A stretch of 64,000 nucleotides of DNA. Origin: Chrysomallon squamiferum (lineage: Eukaryota; Animalia; Mollusca). Below are positions 53,101 through 64,000 of this stretch, piece by piece. The DNA is taken from positions 9,300,001 to 9,364,000 of the forward strand of contig CM022665.1 of assembly GCA_012295275.1 (NCBI GenBank). The letters run 5' to 3'. Made by a program: the position numbers and the translations under genes. The notes below the pieces were generated by a model that was not told the DNA's origin, did no database searches, and saw only the letters and a list, made by a program, of their open reading frames with translations. Position 1 is the stretch's first letter; each line of letters opens with the position of its first letter.

Positions 53101-56100
53101 TTTATTTTATTAATATTTTTTTTACCTTTATTGAACCAGGATTTTAAGGAACATAAATAATTTATAAAATTTAGGAGATGATATTAACAAATCCAAGGCT
53201 AGAATCAAGACTTTCTTATCTTACTTCACAAAAAGAAGTTTGTAAGCCTACCCTTCTTTTTCAGCTGGCAAAATCTGCACTTACTGCCTTAACTATAGGC
53301 CTGTATGTGTGGATACACATATCTGCATTTTCTCTTGTTAAATGGTTTGATTGAAACATTCTCCATACATCTATGTTGTTATGTGAATTATAACTAAATT
53401 TATTGTTTTGCTGCAGGCATTTTACTGACATTTAAATTAAGCTATGTGACATCATGTGCCTTAGGCAAGGATACTTGTACATCACCTGTCAGGCATAATT
53501 AATGCTTTGTTGGACCTCCAGCATACTCATTTATTGCCCTAATTTTCTCTCAGGGAATAATGTAATAAATGTATCAACTACTTAATAAAATGATACCACA
53601 GAATATTTATATGTGAAATTCCTTTAAATAAAAAAGCCCAAACATCTTCTTATGGATTAAGAGGTACTTGCAGATTAGTATTAAAATGTAATAATAGACT
53701 GCAGAATCAGTTTTGATTAATGACTGTACTGAGAGCTTTTTCCCATAGTGCTTACCAGCCAGTAATCCATGACAGGTTTATCAAAGACTGGTTTGTACAT
53801 TCACGTGTACAGTAAATTGCATATAATATGTCACTTGCTACTAATAAGTAAGAATACTCATGCAGTTTATTTTAGTATTACCTGTCATTAAATGTAAAAA
53901 AAACCAGACAACCTCCCCAAAAATAATAATAAACTCCCTCCCCCCCAAACCCCCCAAAAAAACCCCAGACATATTTCATACTAATTATGTTCATATTTTT
54001 TATTAAACAATTGTTTATTTATTTATAATATAATCGGCAATAAATATCCAGGTATACAACAGTCATAACACTTAATATTTTGATAAAACTCATGATGTAA
54101 AATGAAAATAAATCTTTAGGAAAATACACAGTTTCTGGACTAATGTGTGACTAATAGCTTTTGGAATTACAATTGTTTAGCCGGTTGTTTACCAACAACA
54201 AAGTTAGCGTGACATTTGAAAGCAGAACAAACCATGAAATAAATGTGGTGAATAATAAACAACTATATATATATATATATATAGCACAGTAAGGAAGAAC
54301 TGAAAAGCCTGATTAGTCATCTGAAAAAGAAAGAAAAAAGTCATTATTTATTAATTTTATTTTTATAAATAAAATTATTTAGAATATGAATCATGATATA
54401 TTTTACACTTTTTAAAAATATAACAGTGCTTCTGCATTTAATCACTATCTTCTGACTTTTTAATCGACTACTGAAAAACTTATTTATTATGACAATGGTA
54501 CACTTTTTAAAGAATTAACAAATAACAATAATAATAATAATAATCATAATATATTAGAACATTTCTTTGTTAAACTGGTTAGAATAATAAGAATAACTTG
54601 ACTGTTGGTAAAAGTAACAACTTGGGTAGCAATTTTGCCTAGGTTAGCTTGTTGAAATCTAGTGTTTATATAGCAGATATTCTCATTCAGTTTTGAGTTC
54701 ATTCCTTTCTCACTAATCTAGTGTTTCATAAACAGGACATTGATCTGACTCACAGTCCAACTTTACTATTTGTTTCCCCAGGAAAAGAAGCTTGAATTAT
54801 AGTGATTAAATCAGTTTAGTTCATTTCCATTTAATCAAAACCAATTATTTGTACCTGTTCTGTCAATACTGAAACTTTATATATTTATAACAGTTTTGCA
54901 ATTATTGTCTTCAGTCAATGCCTCAGTTAATTAAAGAAAATTGCTATTTCTTTTTTCTTTTTTTTTTTCATCCATGGTCCTGTTTATTTCTTGAGAAGTA
55001 TATATTTTTTTAAGGTTTGGGATAATATCACTAAGCAATAGTATTTATTTAAGAATTACACAGTTAAAGAAAATACTAAACCTTTTGTTTTAGACATCTT
55101 TTTTTTTTTTTTAGAATGAGCTTAGTAATATTAATCTTTGATGCTTTGTTTTTGAGATTCTGGTCTGAGTTATTTCATGTTTCAGATTTAATGAAGCTTC
55201 AGAAAAATATTTAGATCTTCTGGCAGTAAAAAGTGACCTTTTGTCACTAAGTCTGAAGGTAAATATTATTACTGTCTGAATTTTAAAAATGTTTCTTAAC
55301 TTTTTGTATTATTTCTATATTTATTTTTATCTCAGTTTTTAGTTTTAATATTTTATTTTTATTATATTTATTAATATATATATAAAAGAAAAAATATATA
55401 TATAGATTATTTATTTTATTTTTTCTTTGACTGTAAATAAATATTTATTTGACCTAATTAGATGAGAAATGCAACCTAATTATTTTAGTCAGAGTCCATT
55501 GCAAATCTAAAAATAAATTACACAAACTGTCTGTTTCTTCAGATTTTATATATTTTATAATAAACATCTCTGAAAAATAAATAAATAAATAAATAAATTA
55601 ATATACATATGTATATGTGGGTATGGATGGGTATGTGTTATGTCACTACTGGAATTAATTAATTTTTATTTTATTTTAGGGAAATGAAACAAATTTGATA
55701 AAATTACCAGATATGGTGACTATCTACACTGAATGTGCTTACTGCCTTTTAAAATCAGGTCAGTTCAAGGAATGTATAATTATTTGCACCAAAGCTCTGG
55801 AAACATACACTTCAACTGTTATGACTGATTCGATGGTGGTTTTTTCAGAACCACTGGAAGACAGTCTTTTTGCAGATGATAAAAATGTTCTACAAGAGAA
55901 CACAGAAAATAAATCTGTCTGGTCACGAAAGAGACAAAGGTCAGAATCTTGTGTTCATTCTGAAGATGTCCAGTGGAAGGAAATGAAACAGTATATGACG
56001 TTGATCTTTTATAAAACTGATGCTCTGTATCAGATGAAAGATTTTAAATCTGCTGCAGATATTCTTCACAGGTACATAATTATTTTGACGTCATAACAAA

Positions 56101-57130
56101 CATATTTTTTAAACGTATTTTAAATTGATTTATTTTCAGTTATAATATATCAAGATCTTTTAAGACATATGACACAATATAAAAACAAAACATTCAGAAA
56201 ACATCAATGAGGATTTAAAATTTATTTTCTTATGGCAAGATATTATTTTAAATTCATGAAAATGTTCAGAAAACATTAAACTATAGCATAATTATGTGTT
56301 TTATTTTTGAACTTAAGAATGTTGCTTAAAACTGCCAAACAGGCATTCAAAACATATAGCAATTCATCAATAACAGTTACATTTAACAGATGTCTAGGTA
56401 TTTGTTGTATCTAATAATATCAATAAAGTCATACAAAGGTGATGGGTCTTTTTTATGGTAATAGAGTGTATACCAAAACTCTAAATGTTTTTTTTAATGC
56501 TAAATGCATTTACCTGGTTCCAAGATCTCTTGCACACATGTGAAAACAGTCAGTGCTGAGGATGTATATAAAAATGATGTAATTTTACCCAATATATGTT
56601 CATAACTTGAAACTTCAGCCTAGGAACTGATAAAACCCACATAAATAATAAGGATGCAGTTTACTGTATAATATTTTGTTTCACTATTTTAGAGCTGTAG
56701 TTGGTCAAAACTGTTGATAGCAAACCAACATATTAGGCAGGTCAATTATATAATTATTTTTTTTTACACTGAGTTTAATAAAAAATTAATTGAAATTGTT
56801 AGTTCTATAGAAAAACTTCAAGACAGCTCTGGAGAGATTTTATCAGACAAAGACAGTATAAGTTTAACAGAAGTTTCTGCTGTGAAGAAACAGAGAATTG
56901 TTGATGGACAAATTATAAACCCAGGTAAATAACTGAATGTTTTTTATTTAAAGTTAAATTAATATTCTGTTATAAATAGCTTTACTAGATGATTTCCAGC
57001 ATAAAAGGAACATGTCATAATTAACAGTGCTAGGTGATATGGTTATTTATTTCAAAAACATGGATGATATTTTATCTGTTTATTTTTTTATTGACACAAA
57101 AATTACATTTTTGTTTTTTTCATGATGCAG

Positions 57131-57173
<43 letters not shown>

Positions 57174-59658
57174 GTATATATTATTAGTGGGTATCATTCA
57201 TTTAACATTCATGGTTCAGCATACCCTTGTTAGGCCTCCAAATGTTTTTGATATTCTTGCCTCCATATATATGTTGTATACATTTGATTTCTTCCCACTA
57301 CTAAATCATGTGTTATTTTTGATAAGCTCATACATTCAAGATAGTCTCTTCTTGTATAAAAACAATGTTTACTTATCAGCTTATTGTGTTGCCTGTGCCA
57401 TGATGTTTATAAAATGCATGTCCACTTATAAGGTACCATAAATGTGGATCACTACTATACTCTAGCTGTCTCAGAAGTGAATTCTGAATCAAATCAAATC
57501 TTGATTCTCCATATAAAATACTAATAATGTGCATTTTTGAAAAGAATATTTTGTCACAAAATTACAACTTCTTAAATTAGTTAACAGCTTGAAGTATATT
57601 GTGTATAATACTAACATTTTTTGTTTTGAAAATGTCTATATGAATTATATTGGCTGAAATTCTGGAATTGTTTGTTTTCCTGTTTCAGCTAATAGTAACA
57701 ATGCAATATCAACAATAACCATGATGTGGCAAAAGTTACTGAGTGAAGCTTGTAGCAATCTTGCTAATGTTTTAATGGAAATGGACAATTTACATGATTC
57801 CCTACATTACTGCAGACTCTCAATACAAATAAATAAAGGTATTTTTAAATCATTTTTTTTCTCCAAATTATCAAATAGCATTTATGACATTTATTTTATA
57901 TTCTTTAAAAAAATGTAGAGGAACCTGAAATGTTAATGTTAAAATCAACAGTTAGACCAAATATATGCTTTGACTACAGACATCCTAGTAAAGAGTATTC
58001 AGATCTGTTTATCAACACACTGAAACACAGTCTATAGTTTGCACATGCATCATACAGTTGCCCTGTACATGTGTTTGGAGTGTCATTTTCGATTTTGACA
58101 GGTCATTTAATCAGTGTGGAATATTATTTCTGTCAATCTTTTTCATTCTGTTGATCATACAGTTATTATTATTTAGGTTTTCATCATTTTTATTGTTTGA
58201 ATTTGCAATGCAGCATATGCAAAATGATAAACATTTGTCAGTGTGAAGAGCTCAACACTTTCAGTGTTTCAAAATCACTGATCAGCAGACTATGGAATAG
58301 TTTGTCCCCAGTTTGTGCCTACCTTAAGAAGGTATAAGAATGGTGTATGGAGTATAAACATTGGGGTATTTATTACCAGTCACATGTCAGATGACTGGTT
58401 ATGCCTGACAGAAACCCCCTCCATATTGTGCAAAGAAGGGTCACTGGGCAGTACTACTGAGACAGTATATTGACACCCTTTATTATGCCAGTTGCTAGAG
58501 GTGTGGGTCTAAATTTTGTTTTTCAGGATGACAGTGCCCATATTCACTGTACATGAGTCATCAATGCTCATTGTCAGCAGCACAAAATACATTGAATATT
58601 GTGACTTAAACCTTTTCCCTACTGAAGAGGTCTGGGACATGATAAGGAGACGTGTGCAGCATTGTTAAAGAATGCCAACCATGAAAGTGCTGGTCCTATA
58701 GATGTGAAATGGTGTTGAAATGGAAATGAAGCATCATTGTGAGCACTGCAGTGTTAAATTCCTATCAGTACTACCATTTTTCCCCCAAGTTTCATGTACA
58801 TGCACCAAATTCTGACCATTACATGCTGATTACCTGCAATTGTTGTGCAATGTGCATTAAATTTGTTTTATGGCTTTTTGGGCATGTTGTCCCAATACAG
58901 GAACATTAACAAATGTAGATATTCAGCAACATTGTCAAAGAATATATAAATTTTGTAAAATCAAATACCTTTCATCTTTTCCTATCACCTATGCATGTCT
59001 TTTTTGAAAAGAGTACATAATTTCTTGAAAACATTACTGTAGAACAAAACATTGATTAACACATTAACACTAGGGCAAATATGTTTAGTTTTCATCTGAC
59101 TTGTTTCAGAAAACACTAAATCCTGGTACACACTCTCTCTGGTTCTACAGAAGATGGGACGTCATAATGAATCCATCAATTCCTGGCTCCAGCATCGCAG
59201 TATTCATCACAAATCAGATTCATTTCAATTAGCCAATGAACTGAAAAGAAGAAGGGATGAGTTTAGGTTTGTTTTCCATCTGTATGAAATGTAGAGAATC
59301 ATCTTTCTGGTATAATTAATATAGATATCTTTGTATTTTCTTTTTTCATATTGTACAGTAAATATTAAGTGTGTGTGTGTGTGTGTGTGTTTGATATCTA
59401 TAAAGAATCCATTGGCTTTATGAATTGTTTTTGTTAATAATTGTCAATTATAATATTAAACAGGAATTAAATTGTCCTTGAGTTAGTTAAAAATGAAGTA
59501 CTTTTCTTTTTTCTTTCAGGCTAGTTAATAAAGACAATGTGGAAATTAAAACAGCTTTATTAGCTGATCCTATACCATCATGTGAATTGTTGAAAATGGA
59601 CATATCATCAATTGAACAGTTACTGAAATGTCAACAGTCAAAATATTTTGTTTATTAA
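39602..59658 (+). CDS. FANCG: Fanconi anemia group G-like TPR protein (~790 aa)
   Basis: Exons 39602-39607, 40358(or 40353)-40397, 40568-40716(or 40699), 41395-41497, 41841-41993, 42512-42619, 42883-43016, 43487-43694, 44739-44881, 45290-45436, 46451-46596, 55186-55258, 55680-56071, 56803-56924, 57689-57838, 59110-59266, 59520-59658. LPPSPEWMDMELTLLFN resembles FANCG LPAAVPVLPLELTVTCN; YRHLGLVDEELEALNLL resembles YQQLGDTTAELESLELL; LASRTKQLERFNEASEKYLDLLA resembles [23 protein letters not shown] (human sequence recalled from memory). The 5' exons are uncertain. Confidence 0.85.
40568..40716 (+). CDS. FANCG: FANCG 5' exon (two open frames, two donors)
   Basis: ttgcag acceptor; MELFWKYF...CKLLLL|GTGAGT or RWNCF...ITNY|GTAAGC. 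Confidence 0.7.
41395..41497 (+). CDS. FANCG: FANCG exon
   Basis: DLVRHKSEDNQK...VQDIFTKVK. Confidence 0.82.
41841..41993 (+). CDS. FANCG: FANCG exon
   Basis: LPPSPEWMDMELTLLFNVLSFQLL... Confidence 0.88.
42512..42619 (+). CDS. FANCG: FANCG exon
   Basis: KLALKMTSRVNSDPDSDDSVVELTENLVSVKHLLK. Confidence 0.82.
42883..43016 (+). CDS. FANCG: FANCG exon
   Basis: YNLLDSFCLVVCIHSLVLIYCKKVNQALLCLEVLESLAVYNTDL. Confidence 0.82.
43487..43694 (+). CDS. FANCG: FANCG exon (TPR)
   Basis: TKLHAKMG...NFSLGLCYYKLNQ...AAYLI. Confidence 0.85.
44099..44457. mobile_element. Non-autonomous DNA transposon/MITE copy B
   Basis: Termini agtgtttccct ... agggagaaacag (imperfect TIR); internal ~30-bp repeats acactttttag...aaacaaa; homologous to 6338-6680. 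Confidence 0.75.
44739..44881 (+). CDS. FANCG: FANCG exon (TPR)
   Basis: SSLLAENVYSEALE...LRARLFNLQGICFSKQ. Confidence 0.87.
45290..45436 (+). CDS. FANCG: FANCG exon (TPR)
   Basis: NFHHSAIAAFREALQADFTELIALYNVGLQYRHLGLVDEELEALNLLIT. Confidence 0.9.
45577..45640. repeat. ~31-bp direct repeat x2
   Basis: aaaaaaaacatcagacaccaaggctggcaaga twice. Confidence 0.9.
45676..46162. repeat. Minisatellite, 6 units of ~74-84 bp
   Basis: unit tctagatgctgtacaactgttt(ccaactgttt)acaacactattttaagattaaatatgaactgtaatgaaaagccaacaatatg. Confidence 0.93.
46451..46596 (+). CDS. FANCG: FANCG exon
   Basis: ILEDRANSS...LLQALYALASRTKQLER. Confidence 0.87.
46900..47375. repeat. Degenerate ~170-bp tandem repeat (about 3 units)
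   Basis: tttataagatttgtaattttgactgaa...attattatgtcccctt at ~46961 and ~47128; gttttgaattcatg recurring. Confidence 0.75.
47781..48011. mobile_element. TTAA-flanked MITE (piggyBac-type target site)
   Basis: TTAA-tacctttgtgctg ... cagcaccgaaagtg-TTAA imperfect terminal inverted repeats. Confidence 0.65.
53054..53099. repeat. (GT)n microsatellite
   Basis: direct reading. Confidence 0.95.
55186..55258 (+). CDS. FANCG: FANCG exon
   Basis: FNEASEKYLDLLAVKSDLLSLSLK. Confidence 0.87.
55680..56071 (+). CDS. FANCG: FANCG exon (TPRs plus insertion)
   Basis: LPDMVTIYTECAYCLLKSGQFKECIIICTKALE...YKTDALYQMKDFKSAADILH. Confidence 0.88.
56803..56924 (+). CDS. FANCG: FANCG exon
   Basis: SIEKLQDSSG...KKQRIVDGQIINP, phase 2 to 1. 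Confidence 0.78.
57134..57170. repeat. (GT)n microsatellite
   Basis: direct reading. Confidence 0.95.
57689..57838 (+). CDS. FANCG: FANCG exon (TPR)
   Basis: LLSEACSNLANVLMEMDNLHDSLHYCRLSIQINK. Confidence 0.85.
58290..59017 (+). mobile_element. Decayed Tc1/mariner transposon in FANCG intron, related to 12310-13469
   Basis: FVFQDDSAHIH at ~58515 and EEVWDMIRRRV at ~58624; 58715-58935 is the reverse complement of 12312-12508; ends tgtcttttttgaaaagagtac, similar to the end of the 13.4-kb copy. Confidence 0.8.
59110..59266 (+). CDS. FANCG: FANCG exon (TPR)
   Basis: NTKSWYTLSLVLQKMGRHNESINSWLQHR... Confidence 0.85.
59520..59658 (+). CDS. FANCG: FANCG last coding exon
   Basis: LVNKDNVEIK...QQSKYFVY*. 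Confidence 0.8.
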
Positions 59659-59977
59659 AAATTATTTTAAAATCTGTTTTGTGATTTTTTAAATATTCCA
59701 AATTTAAACAGATATACAGATTCCATTATATGCCTTTAGATGTTATCTTATTAAAATTGAATCAAAACTGATATTTTAAAAAGTATTTGTTTTTAAATTT
59801 CTTTTATATTTTTTCCTTTCAGTATTTATTAGTGTAATAAAGGCAAAGGTCTAGCAAAAAAAAAAAAAAAAAAAAATGTGTTACATAAAAAAAAAATGTA
59901 TTTACCTATTAATTTTTTTAATTTGTAATTTATTTATTTTTTTATTTTTATAATTTGTTTTTTTATTATTTTTATAT

Positions 59978-60009
<32 letters not shown>

Positions 60010-61213
60010 TTTATATTTTTTTATATTTTTTTGTGTGATATTTACCTCTGTTGATATTAATGTTACAGTTGAATGATTTTTAAAAAAAAGTTTATATATG
60101 TCTGTATCATATAAACTTTATCACACTGTATAATGGTCAGAGTGGTGTGAAATTATTTTACGGTTAGTTACATTTATTAAAAGAGTGAATATTTGATATA
60201 TTTACTAAGCCTGTATGACATGCTGTTCTATGAATTTATGATGCTGATACACATAGTATTATTGATCACTGTGACAGAAGGCAAATCTGTCATACCTTGA
60301 AGCCTTTCATATTGTTACATACACCATCTGTTGCAACTTAGATATAGACATCAATAAATCATTATTTTCTTCTAGCTAGTCTTTAATCTGATTCCTTTGT
60401 CACTATAGCATAGTACTGTTTTCTGTTAGTATTTCAAGTTCACTGATATGGCCAAAGGTCATACAGTGACTATCTGTATTTTTCTTCTTAACAAAGAATC
60501 TGTTATTTCAATTTAAGGGTGTTAATAACATTGTTTTCTGATGTTTATTAACATTGAAAAAAAAAAAAAAGATTTAAAAATTAAATATTTGTTGGATACA
60601 CAGATAATGTTTAACCTTTTTAGAAACTTGGTGATTAAACTTTTTAAATCATAACTGATGACCAAGAAATAAAAGATCTTCTTGAGGTCATGGTATGAAA
60701 AATAAACATTGTTCCTGGGTCACTTATTATCCACCAAATACAGATGAAGCATCATTACCAAAACTTTGTTTCTCTTTTTTAAAAACTTTTTATAAGTTGG
60801 ATGATCTATTTAGTACACGTTTTTGTATTTTATTGTTTTTTACATGCATTTGCAGATCCTGCCAGACAAGCAAAACACAGCAACCAAATGTAATTAAGAT
60901 AACAATTTATGAAAATCAGATCATTGTCAGCATTAAATAAAAATATTTATATATACTTTTATTTTTACTTTAACTATTTCACCAGTGATTTTATTTTATT
61001 TTAATTTTCATAACTATATGTTGTGGGTGTGCCTGTAACAAAATTGTCACTCCCTTGTAAGAGCTTTTTTCTTAGTCAGACATAAACTAATGGATACATT
61101 TATAATGAGTGGCCTGGAGATATTCCACCATGTATATTTTTCACATTTTATTTAAAATAGTAGGATACTTCCTTTTTCTCATACTGTAAAATGTTTGTCT
61201 ACAGACTGTTTAG

Positions 61214-61247
<34 letters not shown>

Positions 61248-62972
61248 AAAAATAAGTTTGTTTCTTAATTGATTATATATATAGCTGAATTGATTAGCAG
61301 CCCAGTTCTCTTGTATTTCTGTTCAAAACAAGTTGCATCAAATTATGTTTTTTAATGGATATATCCTAATTTGTCTACATTAATAAATAAATAAACGATA
61401 ACAAAAATTCATGATCTCTACCAAACTTGCAGGATGGGGGGGGGGGAAGAAGTTAAAAAAAAGAAAGGAAAAAATCTCTTCACCAAAAAAAAAAAAAAAG
61501 AGCTAATAATAAATTTAAAAAATAAAATTAATGTATTTAAAAATCTCTTAATATCTGATCAGACATTATATGCTTATTTAGAGGAATGTAAATAAGTAAC
61601 TAAAAATATCTGCTTAGCTTAGAGAATTTATTTACAAAAAGATGTATTATTATTATTTGTTAAAATTTTCAAGGAAATGTCATATAAGAAGAAATTAATG
61701 CAATATGTCATTCTCTGAATAATTCTGGTTTTTTCTTTTTTTTTCTCTTAATAACATGGAAAGCAGATAAAAAAAAATATTAACCACATAAATAAAAATA
61801 TAACTGAAAACATCACTGTAATAAAACTTGTTGCATAGGATTACTTGGCATCAGTGTTTCTTGTATGTGTCATTGTTAACTGCTGTGAATCATATGCTCC
61901 CACTCATTTTGTGCAATAACAAGAAGGACCATAATATTTATTTTTGTCAGCTAGTTTATGACCTTATTTAGAAAAGGTCTTGATACTTCTAGTTGTTTCT
62001 GATAATCAATTTTAGTGAATAATAAAAATAAATTTATAAGTAATATTAAACCATTTATCAGCAGCAAAGAATTATAATGAGTTTTGTCACATAACTTTTG
62101 CTTAATAAGATGACAAACATGTTTTTATTTATTGGAAAAATGTATTCAGAACTTCCTGGCAGAGCTGGTGAAAGATATATGAAATCCATAATATACCATC
62201 CCACCCAATTCTTTCATAATATTAGCGTGTTTTATGTGAAACTTATTCATTACTTATTGTATAAACAGAGTTTGTGTGAATGCATATTTCAGAATCTTTT
62301 GTACATACACGTACATATCCATATGTATAATTCTTTTGCATGTACTGATGACAATTTGTATAGCATTTTCAAAGTGTTACAGAATAAAATCCTTTACTGT
62401 TCATTTTTTTTTTTTTATGTCTTTCACTAAATTATATGTATGTATGTATGAGTTTCCATTTGGCTCAATACCCCTACACTTCTTTTCTTATTATTCTTAA
62501 TGTAAAGAATAATAATCGTAATATTTCTAACAGACGGTAATAGATCTATAACCCTCCTTGAAGCACTTTTTTTGCAACCTAGTATTTTGATAATTATTAA
62601 TAAATTACAGACTAAAAAATAAATAGAAGTTACTTCTATTTTTAGTATTACTATGTTCTGATAAATAGGTGCCAAATGGGGATACAGAAATTCATATATA
62701 TATATATATATATATAAAGATGAAATTAGATACGACAGAAGGTAGCCTTGATTATAATATTATAATAATAATAATAATAATAATAATAATTATTATTATT
62801 ATTATTATTATTATTTCAAATTTTACATTAACTAAGCAAAGTAAATGATAATTTTATAATTATAATTATTATTTTCCCATCCCCGGAGATAACGGAAATA
62901 GTTTCAACAAAACACTGTAGAACTTGGATTATTCTGTACGTGAAACATTTCCGAATTTTCTGTAGTTTTAAA

Positions 62973-63006
62973 ATCACGTGACACAGTTGCTATTAAGCGC
63001 ATGCGT
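62973..63006. promoter_or_regulatory. Promoter motifs of the downstream gene: E-box TCACGTGA and NRF1-like GCGCATGCGT
   Basis: aatcacgtgaca at ~62972 and gcgcatgcgt at 62997-63006, about 80-115 bp upstream of the ATG. Confidence 0.55.
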
Positions 63007-63087
63007 ATTTTGGATGTTATTTTGGGCGAGGCTAATGCGTCATTGATAGTTTATAAAATTGTTTCGTGTTGCATTTATTTTGTAAAA

Positions 63088-63183
63088 ATGAGCGCAGATA
63101 CTGAGCAAATATATCAGAATGACCAAACGGCCGAAAAGGACAATGATGACCCTAACCAATGTAATTTTGATCTCTATATAAAG
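63088..63183 (+). CDS. First coding exon of a probable chloride intracellular channel (CLIC)-family gene; remainder outside window
   Basis: aaaaATG start, MSADTEQIYQNDQTAEKDNDDPNQCNFDLYIK, strong donor AAG|GTAAGT; ending on FDLYIK at phase 0 matches the CLIC exon-1 ending (IELFVK|AG). Confidence 0.6.
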
Positions 63184-64000
63184 GTAAGTTAATTGCAGTG
63201 TTTTCAATCTCGCTTTGATGGCGGACTACTGGGTATTGTTGCCGACGGATATCCGATACTATCTTAGTTCATGGCCAGCATTCAATGGCGGATTTTTTTC
63301 AAAGCGTATGATCACCGATTTTGATGATGCGGGATTGTTGCGATTTACAAACGTGAAACGATTAAGGACATTTTGCTAAAATAATCTGAAAATAAAGTGC
63401 CATTTCGTACTATTATCAACCACTATAAAGTATAATAACACTTTTTAACAGTATAACGACTATTTTTAATATTTAGAACAAGACTAAATCTAATTACATA
63501 ATTTAAAACTACCGTAATGCAATATCATTAACTCGGAATAATGCATTTATGTTATGTCAGGTATATACACTCGTGTTTTTTGTTCATATTTTCATAATTT
63601 TTTTCAAATAATTCAGAGTTCATCCTACAATAACAATTTACAGATTTCATTTACAGGGGTGTGGTCAGAAATTTTTAATGTTTCCTTAAATAATTTTTTG
63701 TGGAGTTCCATCATAATGATAATCGGTAATTATATATGAAGGGAATACAGAACCTAAGATTATAATTTAAACTATTTTGTCGTAATTATAGAGTAAATAA
63801 TGTTATCCATAGTAACAAAAATGTGAATTCAATGTATTGATTTATTCAATTTTTATTTTTTAAAACAATTTATTGAATAATAAAATAAGGAATACGGTAA
63901 TATAATAACACTTTACAATCCCCATAAAATTAAAAGTTTTTATTATTATGATTATTATTATTATTTTTTTTTTTGTTTTAAAGATTTAAAGTATTTAAAA

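Noticed and set aside
63001-63087. Upstream ATG of the ORF-track 63-aa protein
   Set aside because: The ATG lies inside the NRF1-like promoter motif; 63088 has the better start context

Overview
Very AT-rich, intron-rich animal genomic DNA (the style suggests a lophotrochozoan such as a mollusc; this is inference). I assembled gene models by hand from GT-AG sites and frame continuity. (1) PPP1R12A/MYPT1-like on the minus strand: 20 coding exons from 25122 down to 87, 936 codons, continuing out of the window. (2) A myristoylatable calcineurin-B/CIB/CHP-like protein with degenerate EF-hands, minus strand, 32202-34173. (3) AKIP1-like, minus strand, 36822-39055. (4) FANCG-like TPR gene, plus strand, 39602-59658, head-to-head with AKIP1. 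(5) A probable CLIC first exon at 63088. Repeats include two decayed Tc1/mariner copies, several MITEs, an ~83-bp minisatellite, a perfect 33-bp hairpin and a tandem duplication rich in promoter motifs. The most interesting signals are splice-level: a FANCG 5' region open in two frames with compensating splice sites, a start codon on a 10-nt microexon, and stop-carrying candidate exons in AKIP1 and MYPT1. There is also an orphan promoter-like region with a candidate structured RNA at about 31 kb. All of these are predictions that need RNA data. No prokaryote-type system (CRISPR, operon) is present.
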